The notes below the pieces were generated by a model. That model was not told the DNA's origin. It worked only from the letters and a program-made list of their open reading frames with translations, and ran no database searches. A stretch of DNA of 64,000 nt from Podarcis vaucheri. Taxonomy: Eukaryota. This document shows, one piece after another, positions 40,701 through 53,742 of the stretch. The stretch's first letter is position 1, and each line of letters opens with the position of its first letter. Location of the stretch: NCBI GenBank assembly GCA_965113315.1, contig OZ220368.1, one strand, 5' to 3'. The translations under genes and the position numbers were made by a program.

Positions 40701-41670
40701 TACTGGCTAGTGATGGAGGCATGGGTGGCTGGATGGGGTAGGCTGGTTGTGCAAAAGGTTTAATGCTGAAAAACAAAATAGTGTTAAGTATGTTAGTCAG
40801 TATGTCAAATTGTTAATGTTCCTGTTAACTGCGCACACCCTAAGTTACTCCAAGGGCAGATGTCTTGCAGAAATCATCAAGGTAACTCTATGGTGGCCTC
40901 TCATATACATACAGCCACCAGCCATTACAGGGCTCCCCCTCATTTGCCTTCCCCACTATTTCAGAAAAAAGAGCAGTCTATCTGCAGGCCTAATGTAACC
41001 AACCTTTAGGAACCTGACCAACAAACATTCCACTATATTATTCATTTTTATTTTAAAATAAAAATATTTTATTTATAATTATTTCATAAAATTTATACAC
41101 AACTAGATTTTGTAAACTGCTATGAGGTTTCCTATGAAGAATAACAAATATATTTAGGAGGTTCTGGATACCCCAAGTAATTACTTTAAGAGGGTTTATG
41201 GGACTGCAGTTTCTAGTGCATTTTATTATGGCTACATGAACAGTGAAGCATCCCCACTGGAGATGCTGACTTAGCGAAATAAAGGAAGGGCCATTTGTGT
41301 ACATGTTTCCCATGCAGAAGGTACCAGGTTCAATCCCTCGAATCTCAAGATACCAGCTGGGATAATCCTTCAAACCCTGACAATATGCAGTCGAGGAATT
41401 GTTTATTTGAAACACCGACATGCCCCCCACCCCGATGAATATTGTGTGTAATGTCAAAAATCCACCACATCAGATAAAGAAGTCTTGATCTTAACTTTCT
41501 CTCTGATTTTTCCCCCAGTGTGGCCCTATATGGGGGAGCTTTCAAATAAATGATTTCCCTACATGAGACTTGAATTGGAGCAATCCCCACATGCAATTAT
41601 GCATACCTGAGTCGACCCTTTGGAAGAATATGAACATAGCAGTTTAGAAATGGAGGCATAAGCGATCAAG

Positions 41671-41738
<68 letters not shown>

Positions 41739-44700
41739 ACAATGTGGCATCTATTTCTGTGGAACAATTCAGAAATGCTATGCAAGTACTGTCCTCTAAC
41801 TGCTAAGCCTTTTAATTCTCCACCAAACGTAACAATTGCTTTTCACTTACTCCTGAGAAGGTCCAGACTGTCCTGGGATAGGCCCACTCCAAAACTGAGG
41901 AAACAAAAAATGAACACAGAAAACATTGTCATGCATATTCCTACCATCTGACTTCACAGCTACAGTTGTTCAGGTTCATCAAAGTTGTTAAAGGGTTAAG
42001 TTGTTTCTTGTTACAGAATGGCAACGGCTAGTCAGTTTTTTAGAATAGTGTGGAAATACCACAACACAGCTGAGGAGAGTCAAGACTACAGCTAGGAGTT
42101 TCACACCAAGTCAGTACATGTCCTCCACTCTCTTGTGAGCCACTAAGGGGAGAGGGTGGGTCAGATATGCTACTCTTTGGTGGTGGTGCTGATGGCACGT
42201 GCAGATAAGAAGAATTAGGGCAGGGATGGAGAACCTATGGTTTTTCCAGATGTTATTGGATTACAACTCCCATCTTCTTTGACCGTTGGTCATGCTAGCT
42301 GAGTCTCAAAGGAGTTTTAACAACAACTGGAGAACCATTCCCATATGTGACAGTGAAAGGTGTTGGGAGGAAGAGCATGAGTTAGGTTTTATTTTTCTTT
42401 TTTTTTTTAAAGTAAACTGGGCAAAAATGAAAATTAGGGAGACATGGATGTTGGGTGTGGAATACGCAAATTACGCTTATGATGTCTGATTTAAACTAAG
42501 CCTATTGGGTCAGGAACACAACTACAGATAAGTAAGTAAATAAATAAATATCCTCTCTGGAACCATCTCCGCGTTAGTCACCTAGCCCTATAAGAGAAGC
42601 CACTGTCTTGCAGAAGAATTGACTCCATGCCGTCCTTCTGGGCCTGACCTTCCTAACCAGGCAGGAAAAGTGTTGGGACATCCCTTACCCTGGGAGCAGC
42701 AGAGAAGACAGCCTGAGGGAGTGGAGGAGGGGGGCTGAGCTTGTTCTGCAGGACACTGGCGGATACGATCTGTGCCGACGACATGGAAGCCATACTCTGC
42801 AGAGCCTTGTCCTTTGAGACCTGATCCTTCAAAACAGGACAGAAGAGGAGAAGCAGAAGGGAGAGTTACTAACACTGGCCTTGACGGCCCACTAAAGACA
42901 AATTAATGGGGGACAGTGAGCCACTTTACACAGACTTATCAAAATATACTAGCAGTGAGCCATTCAAGCAAACTGTTTTATGCCACTTCCCCTCCCCCCA
43001 AAGCTCATTTTTCCAGGGATCTTACTAGTCATAGATAATAAATCCTTTAGAGCAGTGCAACATGTCTGTAGATCAAAGGAGGAGAACACAAACATCCATT
43101 TAAGGTGCTGGCTTTTAGCTAGTTTTGTGTCCAAAGTATCCAAAAGATTCTCATCTCAGCTATTAATTTTGCACTTCCAGCACCCCCTGCACCTCATCTG
43201 CACTCTCTAATACTATTCATGGGGATTTATTTATTTAAAAGCCGTATGGTCCCTCCTTCACCAGTATAGATACCAAGGCAGCACACAGCATACAACAAAA
43301 TTAAACACTCAGCATAAGGATAAAGACAATCACGAAGTAGAGAACACTTAATGGGGCAGAAACAAGACTGAAGTGCACTTACCAAGTTCATAGCCTGTGT
43401 GAAGAGGAGGGAGGAAAGAAAAGAAATATGGTTAGTGTCTCTGCTGTCATAATGGGCACTGCGGGGAGGGGGGGAGGAGTCTGCATAATCCATAACAGGT
43501 ATCAATAATGGAACTTCAAAGCATCACAGGATGTCAGACTTCATTTTGTAAACAAACTACATCTGTCCCGGGCTGCTTTCTAATGCAGCCTGTTTTACTG
43601 AATCCACTTGATGATCTGGGGCACGTGGCACAACGGGAATGAGGAAGAAAGGAGCGGATGGTATGAGGCTTATCTCAATAGGTAACTTCTTCAATTTTAC
43701 AAATCAAGGAAGATGTGCAGGAAGTGAGAACAGACCGTCCTGTTCTGTGGTTCTCCAAATCTGATGCCAGTCTGGGCACTGAAAGCAACATTATTTTATA
43801 GATTGCAGAGTTACTAGCGCAAACAATGCACTAGATCTGGTCACTGCACTCGCCTGCCTGCAGAGCTATACAAAATAAACAGTGTGTTGCTGTATGTGGA
43901 CAAGCTTAGGCTTCTTGAGTTGCGTGCACATAACTCTTAGAGTAGTGCAAGGGGAGTAAAAAGTACCTAGGTAGTTAAATCATTCTTTGGTATTTGTGAG
44001 GGGCTACCGTAATTTGCAGAGTCCTAAGCCGGGATGTAGATAAATGGGCCAATAGATGTTCTGCAGTTTTCTCTGTTTACCTTTGGCTCTCTCTTTAAAG
44101 ACTCAAGGGGGTAAACTGGACCTGCATACCACTGCTTTGCCCAGTCTTCTGCCATTGCAGAACACGAAACCACACTGGTTGGAGGTAGAGTGGTTCAGCG
44201 ATACAGGGCAGAACTTATGGGCATGCACTTAAAAGGTCCTCTCAAATAGGTTTGCAATGACAGTACTGCAAGGACAGAGTTGGGAAACCTATTTTCTGAG
44301 CACTCCCTCGCCCTAGTCAGATACTTTACTTACTAGGCAATACCACTGATGACTGTTTGCATTTCTGTTCAGATATGCCTTAAATTAAAAGCTTTGATGT
44401 GCTTCTAGGTTTGTCCCTGTCAGCTGTAAGCTTAGGAGGCAAGATACATTTGCTCCTCCCCTACTTAACAAATGAGACCATAACGATATAATAATTTTTA
44501 AAAACTCAACAACACTGCCATGGGCATTTTTTGAATATTTGACAAAATCTTGCCATAATTTAACAAGCATCAGTTGACTAGCATGCTAGCCCTAACTCTC
44601 AGGCAATGTATTGTCTGTCTTTTGTGGAAGACGTGCTATTGACTAGAATTAACGTATATGTAAAAGTGTTCTACAGTTACATCTGGTCATCATATAATGT

Positions 44701-47700
44701 GTGCTACTGACTACAAGGACAGATCCTTTTAAAAAGATATTTTCCTTCATTCCATGCTGTTCTTCAACTGTGAGAGTTTTTATTATTAACTGAATTTTGG
44801 GTGTGGGCCACTTTATGCACACAATTTAATCTTCTTATAAACCAGCCAATTATTTTCTTAGTTTGGGGTAGAGGAATGAGGGCATGGTGGGAGGGACGGC
44901 ACACTATTTATGAGTTTTCCCAACCTGGTAATGGCAGCTCCTGCTTTGTGGACTCTAGAAAAGGAAGGGAGAGTATTTTGGACTAAATAAATTTGAACAG
45001 CTGAAAAGATTGGAATTTCTAGGTACTTTCCGATGCATAGGCCAAACCACAAGAATAGACAGAGAACCAGAATCAGTTCAAAATACCCTTCAACCACTAA
45101 CCATTCATTAAGACCCCCCTCCCCCCTCAAAAACCCAAATCACAATACACAGAACACACAGAGGAAAGGGTAATAGGAAAGGTTAGCCAATCTCAAGTTA
45201 CAGAAGAAAGAAGAAAAGAAAAGCCAACCACAGAAAGAAAGGCAATCACAGGAAAAGCTCTCCAGTTTTATCCCTGCTCAACTTCCTTGGCTCCTGGTCC
45301 CATGTTCTTGGTCCAAGCATCCTGAATCAGCAAGAGCAGGCCTATGATGGAAGACACTCATCTCTGGTTCTGTGCATCTCCATCCTAATTGCCTTGTACC
45401 ATTGCACTGGCCAACTTAGCCAAATATCCTCCCCAGGTATTAAAGACTGTTGGCCATATAGACTAGAAGTATGACAGAGGCACTGATTGCACAAATTCCT
45501 ATGCCTGCTATATGAGCCTCAGCTGCATAAATCCATCAGAATTTGTACCTACAAAACTTTGGGGTTCCCCCCCCCCTGTATACTTCCCCATCCTCATCCA
45601 GCACGGAATGCTTTCCAAAAGTCTGGCTCTTCTGCTTTGGGGTGGGGTGGGGGAGTGTGTTTTGGTTTTGTTTCATTGCAGCCTTGGGTCTGCTACTTTA
45701 ATGGTCAGCCCTGCTTGATGCATCATTGAACATCAGTAACACTTATTTGAAAAACATTTTTTTAAAAAAACAAAAACCTGCTCCAGAGCTCCAATGCTAC
45801 CTAGAAAATCTTAATGCTACAGAGTGGTAGACAGTGAAGTAGCACAGCAGAAGGAAATGGCTTCTTCTGTTGAATGGAAACAGAAGGAGAAGGGTGTTCT
45901 GTTCTATGCCTCTACTGGGAGGGACCCTTCCACTCAGTTGTTGCTCAGCAGAAGTGGCTGTTTAATACCACGACTGCCATGGATCCTACTCAGCTTCCCT
46001 GATTTAGGCAAGGTTCCAGTTCCTGTAACAACAGTGGAGCACTTACATGGATATACCAAAGATGATAGGTGGACTGTGGAGAACTCTAGAAGTTCTCCTT
46101 GCTATGTCACCACCTGAAGGCTCCAGTTGTGACTGGAAATGCACTCTCCAAGCTGACAAGGGACAGCTTTACTGGACTGTTTAGAGGTGGCTTGTCCTTG
46201 CCAGATCCTGCCATGCAGAAGTGCTCTATCGCTTTTTCCTTCTGATTCTCTCTCACACCTCAGCGGCATTCTGAAAATTATCAGGTCCCAGGAACAAAGG
46301 GAGGGGAGCAAAGACACAACAAGCAGGGGGGAAAGAGTGGCAACCACAGAGCGCAGCATGTTAGTTGCCAGCATGGCCATGGCTCAAAAGGTGGGAAAGC
46401 CGGGGAAGCGCGTACCTTCAGCTTCGACTGAATCTCACGAGATTTCCGTCTGGCTAGAACCTGCAAGTGGCTAGAGACCTGCAGAGAGAAAAGCAGAAGG
46501 AGAGGGGGGAAAAACAGCAGAGCCGTCAACCAGAGGAAAGGAGAGGAAGGAGAGGGGGCTGCCCATGCTCACACACCACGGACGCATGGGCAGGGTCTCC
46601 AACGTACCTTAATGCCAACCTGGTACTCTCGCACCTTCTTCCGAGCTAGAACCTGTATGTGGCTGGACACCTACGCCCCGCCAAGTCATTCAAAAAGGAA
46701 AACACAAACAGAATGAAGACATGATCCCAAATTGTTTTGCGTGACAAGAGTGCTTCAAGCACCTAGGTTGGACACACACACACACACACAACACACAGTC
46801 AAACAAGCCTCTGAAGCCATGTGAGGTTCCAGAGGAGAAGGATCTGTACTCAGGATGAATGGCGGGTAATACAGACTGTAATGATATGGCTAACCTATCA
46901 ATTGGAGGAAATTGCTACAGACCCACTGAATGCCATGGACTTGAGCATAGTGTGCTATATTTGGGGATTTTACTCTTTGCAAATAGCATTTAATAGTATA
47001 AGTGTAGCTTACTCTCATGAGAATTCTATGTACTACTTTTATGTCATGATTTTAGGAACCACTCATGCTTCAGTCTATGAGCCATTCCCAACATAATGTT
47101 TTGCTGATCCAGATCTGTACCCACATGACTCCTCTCCATAGCCATGTAAATCCAGATGCACTTCTTCAGTTCTCCTAATTGAATTGATACGCAATCAAGC
47201 ATTGAAAACAGTTTCCAATCTGGGTCTCAAAAACCTAAGTGCACAGTCCCCTGGTTCTTAAATATTTTTCAGCTCTTCATTCAGAGAGCAAGACAGAAGT
47301 AAGTAAGTGTTAGAGTGGAATTATAATCACCAACAGCTTTTCACAGAAGATTAATCTTATCTTCTCCTGCCTTAGAAGACGTTAAACATCAAGGGACTCA
47401 AACAAGCTTGAAATTAACCTCAGTATTGCCACTAAATTAAGCAAACAGAACCATAAGTCTACCTATTGTGATCCCTCTAGAACAACATGCCACCGCCTTA
47501 CACAGACACTTTTTACCTCTGACCACTAAGTGATAATATATGGCAGTGTTTTTATACATCCAAGGCTTTGAGAGCAGAAATTGTCTATTGGACATGTGAC
47601 CATGGCTCTGAGAGCTGTATAAACATTTCGGGTAGAAACCCAATTTCTTTTGGGTTTAAACCTGACTTCAGAAATAATATTTAAAGGAATCACAAGACAA

Positions 47701-50629
47701 AGCTCTTTGTTACCAAAATATAAATCAGAATCTTGCATATGATCCACAGAAAGGAGATTTGACAAACCTGAAGACTATATGAGAAGACCCAAGACTACAC
47801 CAACTATTTGTCTATGTTAGAGACAACCAATGGAGACTGGTGTTTCCTTGCTGTGTAGGCTGTTGTCTACTTTAATTGCCTTTGGATGGATTTAGTTTTA
47901 TATCAGAGAACTGCTCCAATGATTTAGCATTACTAGTCAAATGCAGTGAGCCAAACAATAGAAAAAAGACAGGTTAAGTCTACTTTCTTTTACAATGGAG
48001 GCTATCCATGCTTTGCCATTGAAAAGGACAACTCTCATTTGCAAAAACATTTCTTAGAGTGTGCTACTAGCAAGTCTGAGCTAGGGGCAGCCTTCACAAA
48101 CCTTGTGTCATCCAGATATTTTGGGCTACTGGCTAGGGCTGCCAGGAGTTTTAGTCCAAAACATCTGGAGGGCATTGAGTTGGCAAAGGCTTCCCTAGAT
48201 TCACCAGAAAGTGTTAGGACTGCAAACCTTGAAGCAGAGGCAAGAATGACTGTATAATAGATACATATACTGCATAGCTCCTCTAAGTTTAATTCCATAA
48301 GATCTGCTTCCATCCAATCATAACTACTGCCTGGTAAAATCAGCACAGACATGGACCTGATATTTCCAACTTTGCCCTAATGAAGGAAACAATCCAGAAA
48401 CAAATAAAGGGGAGCTGGTGATATCTTAATTGATGGATTTTATAAGGTTTCAGCCCTCCCAACAATGACTTTCATTAACATACCATACAAAGTGGTGCAG
48501 CAATCAAACTGCTAGCATATTGGCTAAGCTAAGCAAGATCTGGTATGGTATCAAACTGGATGGGGGACTGCATGTTGAGATTCCTGCATTGCATGGGGTT
48601 GGACTAGATGACTCTCGGGGTCCTTTCCAAGTCTTTGGATCCTTTCCAAGTTTGATAACATAATACACTACAAGTAGCTAATGAGAACTAGGAGTTCCAG
48701 AAGGAATTCTACGCTTGCCCACCACTGAAGTCTAAGCACCCTGAGCTTCTCTTACATGTTTGTGGGGAGGCCAAGATACAAGGAATAACTCTTTGGCCAT
48801 GCCTTTGGTTCTGTGCCAATTGTTCATCTGAGTATTTAAGAACAAGCCAGCATACAGGGTACGTCCCACTAGGAGGCAGTCCTAGAGTTACATGAGAGTG
48901 TGTTTCCCATGGCTTTTGGAAAGATGTTACGGATAAGCCTTTGGGTCTGACACACCGTCAACTGCTCCATGAATTCTGAGATTACAAATTCTGCAACCAT
49001 TTAATGGATTGCAGAGCAGGAATGTGTTGACTATTACAAAAAAGAGGTACATCTGCCATTGCTTCAAAAAAAAAGGAGTGCCTTCATGAGGATTCTTTCA
49101 TGTTCCAAGCAAAGTCTTTAGCTACGTTTGCACATCACACTAACCCAAACTACAGCTTAGTGCGAATGTGCAAACATGCCCGCTCTTGGCATTCACTTTG
49201 CTCCTCTCCAGACTTTTGAGGTCTTAAAAGTGTTGTCCAAACCTGGGGTCATGTTTAAGGTCTACCATTCTTAACCACATTCTATAGCCAAGTTTTGTCC
49301 TGTGGTTAAAGAAGAAATACTTTAGACCAGGGACGTCCAACTCCCAAGAGACTGCGATCTACTCACAGAATAAAAAAACTGGCAGTGATCTACCTCTCTT
49401 TGGGGGGTTCAGGTCAAATTGCGATCATGCGCAAATGGAGGATGGGGAATACAGGGTGTTTCAGGGTTGCATTTGCTCTTGACCAACCTTTCAAGAACTG
49501 TATGCCAGCAGTGGCTGTGACCAAAATTGTTGCTGCCACCTCATTCCTTCTCTCTCCCTCTCCTACTCTCTCTGCCCCATCCCTAACACAGCATCAAGAC
49601 CAGTAATGGTGGTGGTGGTGGAGTTAACTTGATGGAGGACAACCCGAACATGAATACAGCAGGATAAGAAGAACCAAGTAAATAGATCTGTCACCAAATT
49701 GCTGACTGCCTGGGTGGGCAATACAGCCCTTAGGTCGAGTGGTTTTCACTTCTGCCCTGAAGGTTCAAAAAGCACCCACAGCCAACTGAAAAGATAGAAG
49801 CTACAATTATGGACGCATAATTGTTGCTAGGGGTCAACTTTTATTTTGAAAGAAAAATCTTCCCCTTCACCACTCCCAATGCTGTGCAGCATCTCCTATC
49901 AAGCTCTACCTATGGTAGATTCAGGATTCTTCCCAGTCAAGTGGTGGAGACAAAATTATTATTTACTCTTCTAAGGGAATTTGGAAGGGAAATAAAAGGG
50001 CCAGGAAGTTTGCTGTGGTGGGAGAATATGAAGTTACAGAGCTCCTATAACTCCAACTAATTCTGGAAGGAGCATTTTTTAAAAGCCTTCACCAATTATG
50101 AGTGCTTGCAAAGGGGGGGGGAGAGAGCTTGTGATGCATCAAGGCACCTGCGAGTTACAGTTGCCATTACACACCCCTTGGCTTTATTCAGTAACTTCCT
50201 ACCAAAGATCCCAAAATATTGAAGCCAAGGTCAATTCTCTAACTTTTAAGGCAACTATCACCTATGTTAGGAAAAAAAAGAAAGTGAAACAGGGATCTCA
50301 ACCGTAACCAACAGAGCCAGAAAAAGAACTTTGATGTCCCAGACCTCTCCAACATATTCACTACTAGCTCTGATGCCTCATCACACTTCTGAGTGGTACA
50401 CTGAATTATGGCAATGGAGCAGGCACACACACACACACACACACACACGGAGACACACACGCACATGTGGGTGATTTCACGAGGCCCATTTCTCCTTCAG
50501 TCATCCTATTGCAAGGTTACTTTTTTTTTTTTAAGGAAAGGGCAAGTGCTAGGTACATTTTTACCTGTTTCCTTGTCCTTGTTTTCCCCGTCCGTAACTT
50601 GATGTACCTTGCTATCAATTCATTGCGAC
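34791..50629 (-). CDS. TEAD3: TEA domain transcription factor 3 (TEF-5), partial; first coding exon beyond window end
   Basis: Exons 50629-50565 ([22 protein letters not shown]), 46670-46608 ([21 protein letters not shown]), 43394-43383 (AMNL), 42826-42689, 41894-41851, 40765-40704, 39174-39041, 38544-38371, 36939-36799, 36401-36249, 34904-34791 (...[12 protein letters not shown]). [19 protein letters not shown] and HHVYKLVKD are TEAD3-type. Confidence 0.96.
37517..37966 (+). mobile_element. CR1 LINE 3' fragment
   Basis: [34 protein letters not shown]...FRLNIRKNF...LPREVV...LEVFKQRL, then CR1 3'UTR and ctatgattctatg tail. Confidence 0.93.
39635..39840. mobile_element. hAT MITE
   Basis: TIRs gagagctttccaaac / gttagaaagctcta; 8-bp TSD ctttagag (39627-39634) / ctttagaa (39841-39848). 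Confidence 0.8.
41672..41733. repeat. Compound (TG)n(AG)n microsatellite
   Basis: Directly visible. Confidence 0.95.
43383..43394 (-). CDS. TEAD3: TEAD3 12-nt microexon (AMNL)
   Basis: Long pyrimidine tract, cacacag|GCTATGAACTTG|gtaagt; restores the known TEAD3 sequence KAMNLDQVSK. Confidence 0.9.
46416..46478 (-). CDS. TEAD3: TEAD3 alternative (likely mutually exclusive) TEA helix-3 exon, [21 protein letters not shown]
   Basis: 63 nt, phase 0/0, ctctctgcag|GTC...AAG|gtacgc; paralogous to the 63-nt exon 46608-46670 located 129 nt upstream. Confidence 0.88.
48526..48650 (+). mobile_element. SINE-like fragment: 5S rRNA-like segment joined to CR1 3' tail
   Basis: aagctaagcaagatctggtatggtatcaaactggatgggggactgc resembles the 5S box A to box C region; followed by gagattcctgcattgcatggggttggactagatgac. 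Confidence 0.5.
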
Positions 50630-52039
50630 CTAAGGGGATAAATGAATATATAAATGACATGACAAGAGAGCTGGAGCTTTGCCTTCCTTCTCCGACTACC
50701 TGCTGAATAAAGGCCGTCCCCTCGGAGAAGTCAGAACCACCTTCTGGAACTCTTAACTCTGAGAAACCACAAAATAACCGGAGCACGAGGCCTAGCTCAA
50801 TGACATTTTACCAGAAGGTGGCACTAACACAACAGTTGTCCAAATGAAGGAGGTTAGCCAGAAAGGCAGCGCCCCCAGCCTTGGCTGTTTATACACTGAA
50901 CAAGGCACCTACAACAGCACACCACGTGGATGGCAAAGGAACATGAAATTTAATGGCGTGAGCACAGAAAGCAGGGCACAAACACGGGACACCCAGAAAC
51001 CTAGCAGGGAAGGCACCGCTCCCATTGTGTCAGCTACAGAATTTCCTCCCACTATGCTGGGAGAGGCCCAAGAGGCCACTGCTGAGGGCTGTGCTGAGAA
51101 CCGGGCACGCTTCTTTCTCAATCCCAAGTTCTCACACGTGTGCTTCACTCCAGAACCTTACAAGGGTCCTTTGGCCACAATCCCAATGGAAAATAAATCA
51201 AAATATTGTGACCTATCAAGGAATTGGCTATGATATGGAGCATGCACACACACACACACACCCTCCCAGAGTTTTGGGTTTCATTTTGTGGCACTACACA
51301 GGACACCCAAACCCATGGGGTATTTTAAGTGGTGCTGGCCTTTTAAGAGAGAACTTCCCAACCGCCACCTCCTCCTCCTCCTAATTTGAAGCAGAAGAGC
51401 TTTTGCTCCACATTTTACAGGCCAGCTGTGGCCAATCTAAATTCAAACGTCAGAGCAGCTGGGAGCTCTCTTTTTCCCTCATCCCCTCCCCTCTGAACAT
51501 GGTGGGGTTGAGGGGGGGGGGAATGGGGCGGGGAAGCACGCCAGATTTATTTTAATGGACCAGATGGTGGTGGCTGAGGCTTCCTGAAATGCCCTTGCAG
51601 CTAACTTAGAAGATCTCTAAATAATAATATATTTATTTTTTCTTAAAAAAAGAAAGCTGGAGCAACTGTGGCTGCCCTGGCGATACCAATGCCCTGTATT
51701 CCTTTCATGACAGCCACTGGATGTCCGCTCTGAGAAGAGGCTTCACTCTTTGAAATAAAGACACACAACAGCCCCTCACCCACTCCTTTCCCTCCCCACC
51801 CCAACACACAATCCCAGTCTTGGACAGACAAGGCCAGGTGCTCTACAGGGTCAAGCAGCACCACGTGAGAGGGACAGAGGAGGATGATACCCTATACCGG
51901 AGTAACAATGCCCTTATAAAAGCCAGCTGGCTCAATGCACATCCCTTGATACCTGTAGTTCCTGGCACGCCTTTAAAACAAACAAACGAAAAAGCAGGCC
52001 CCAGAGGCCTTGGTCTCTCTTACTGGGGGACCCAAATAG

Positions 52040-52470
52040 GTTCGTAAACCACTCAAGTGCCGGCGTACACTTTACAACCAAATCAGCATGGTGCCGCTCG
52101 ACTCAGTTGAGGAGTCACGCCTTCGGTGTAGTGGGTCCAATTCTATGGAACACCCTCCCCACTAGAAATCAGGCAGGCACAGTCCCTGACGAATTTCAGG
52201 TTAAAATGGTTTTATTCCAGGAGGCCTTTGCACCATGATTTCTGTTCTGCGGGGCTTTTTTCTTCCCCAGCTGGATCTCGCCAGAACTCAGTTCTGGCAC
52301 CTCTCAGGTGGGCGCCATTGCCATTCTAAGAGAACGAGGGAGGTGTTCATGGTGAGTTCCGGCACCTCTTTTTCTAGAGCAATAGACTGATGTTCTGCGA
52401 TGTTTCTTTTATGTTTAAGCCTTCCATGTGGTATGTTTCGAATTTTGTAAGCCACTTGGAGATCCAGTCA
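52040..52470 (+). mobile_element. L2-like LINE 3' end interrupted by a MITE (~52250-52390)
   Basis: gccttcggtgtagtgggtccaattctatggaacaccctccccactagaaatcagg (AF.V.GP.LWN.LP.EIR-like) and tgtaagccacttggag terminus. Confidence 0.55.
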
Positions 52471-53742
52471 GTCAGTCAGTTTTATAGCACATAGCCAAAG
52501 GCTGCCACAATGTACACAGAATCATTCAACAATTAAAAGAAAATATACTAGATTGATACAAAAATCGCAAAACGTTTATGTTATCAAGACATTACCTACT
52601 CTAAACAGAGCCATAAAAGTACCTTAATATACAAATTAAGACATTAAACAATAAAATTTATAAGCTAAAATTATCACATGGCCACATATATTAAAAATAT
52701 ATATCCAGGTGCAGTCAAAAGCTGGATATATTTTTAAAAAGGAATAGACAGACCAGGAATCGGGAACCTTCACCTAGCCCTGTTGAGGGCTGCATTCCTT
52801 CAGAGGTGGGGGATTGAAGCCAGTCAGGGACCGAGCCCAAACCAAAAGTGGGTGTGGTCACACCTGCGCTCACTGCTGTTGGGAAGGGGACGGATTGCAG
52901 AAGGCTTTCTCCGCTCATCCGTCCATCTCCATTTTGGCTTTCACTCCATCCCACTTACATGAAATTAAGACAAGGCTGTGGGTGCCCTGCAAGAAAGGCC
53001 TCTGACTCCAGAAGGGCAAACAGCTGTATTTGTAGGGACCCTTCCCCTCATTTCCCCCCTAGGCACTACACTAATGTGGCATTATAAGCAATTCACAAAT
53101 ATTTCATTTAAATTCCAGCACTGTCTCTCACTTGTGCACGTTTGCGCACACACACCTGATTCACAGTTGTGGAAAATGAGGCACAAAACTAAAACAATCC
53201 CCATGAAAGCCTAGTGTACCACTCATGGCATTGATAGTCTCATTCTCCACTCGCATGCTAGGATAAAACAGAGGGCCCAGTTTTATAGACATAGAAAGTG
53301 GTGTTTCTGGTGTGATGAAGATACAAATGATGCTGTGCAACTCAGCAATTCTTCAGCCTTTTAGACTAGCAAAAATATTATTTGACATTGTCTGTCAACT
53401 ATTTATTGGTTCAAAAATGTGATGGGTTTCCAGATTAGACTGCCCGTTAAACATGGAAATAACTGCACCCAAAGGTGACCAATGTCAATTCCAGAACAAT
53501 AGATTGTGGGCTGCCATAGCTAACTAGTTCTTAAACCCACAATGAAGTTTTGCTTCCAGTCTGGGCTATTGCAGGCAGCAGCAGCACAGCATGGGAGCAG
53601 CAGGCAAGCTAAGGGGCTGATTCCGTGGCATAGCCATGCCTGCAAGCCCTCCTACCCTTGGTCCAGGTGTGCTTCAAATGCCTTGATGCTTGCGGAAGGT
53701 TGGCCACCCATGACCCACCTGCCATTCTGAGAAAGAGCTATA

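Noticed and set aside
45779-45801. Possible 23-nt poison exon in TEAD3 (ttttctag|GTAGCATTGGAGCTCTGGAGCAG|gttttt)
   Set aside because: Poor donor and short pyrimidine tract; no other support
51504-51533. G-quadruplex-capable G-run cluster
   Set aside because: Common in vertebrate introns; no evidence of function
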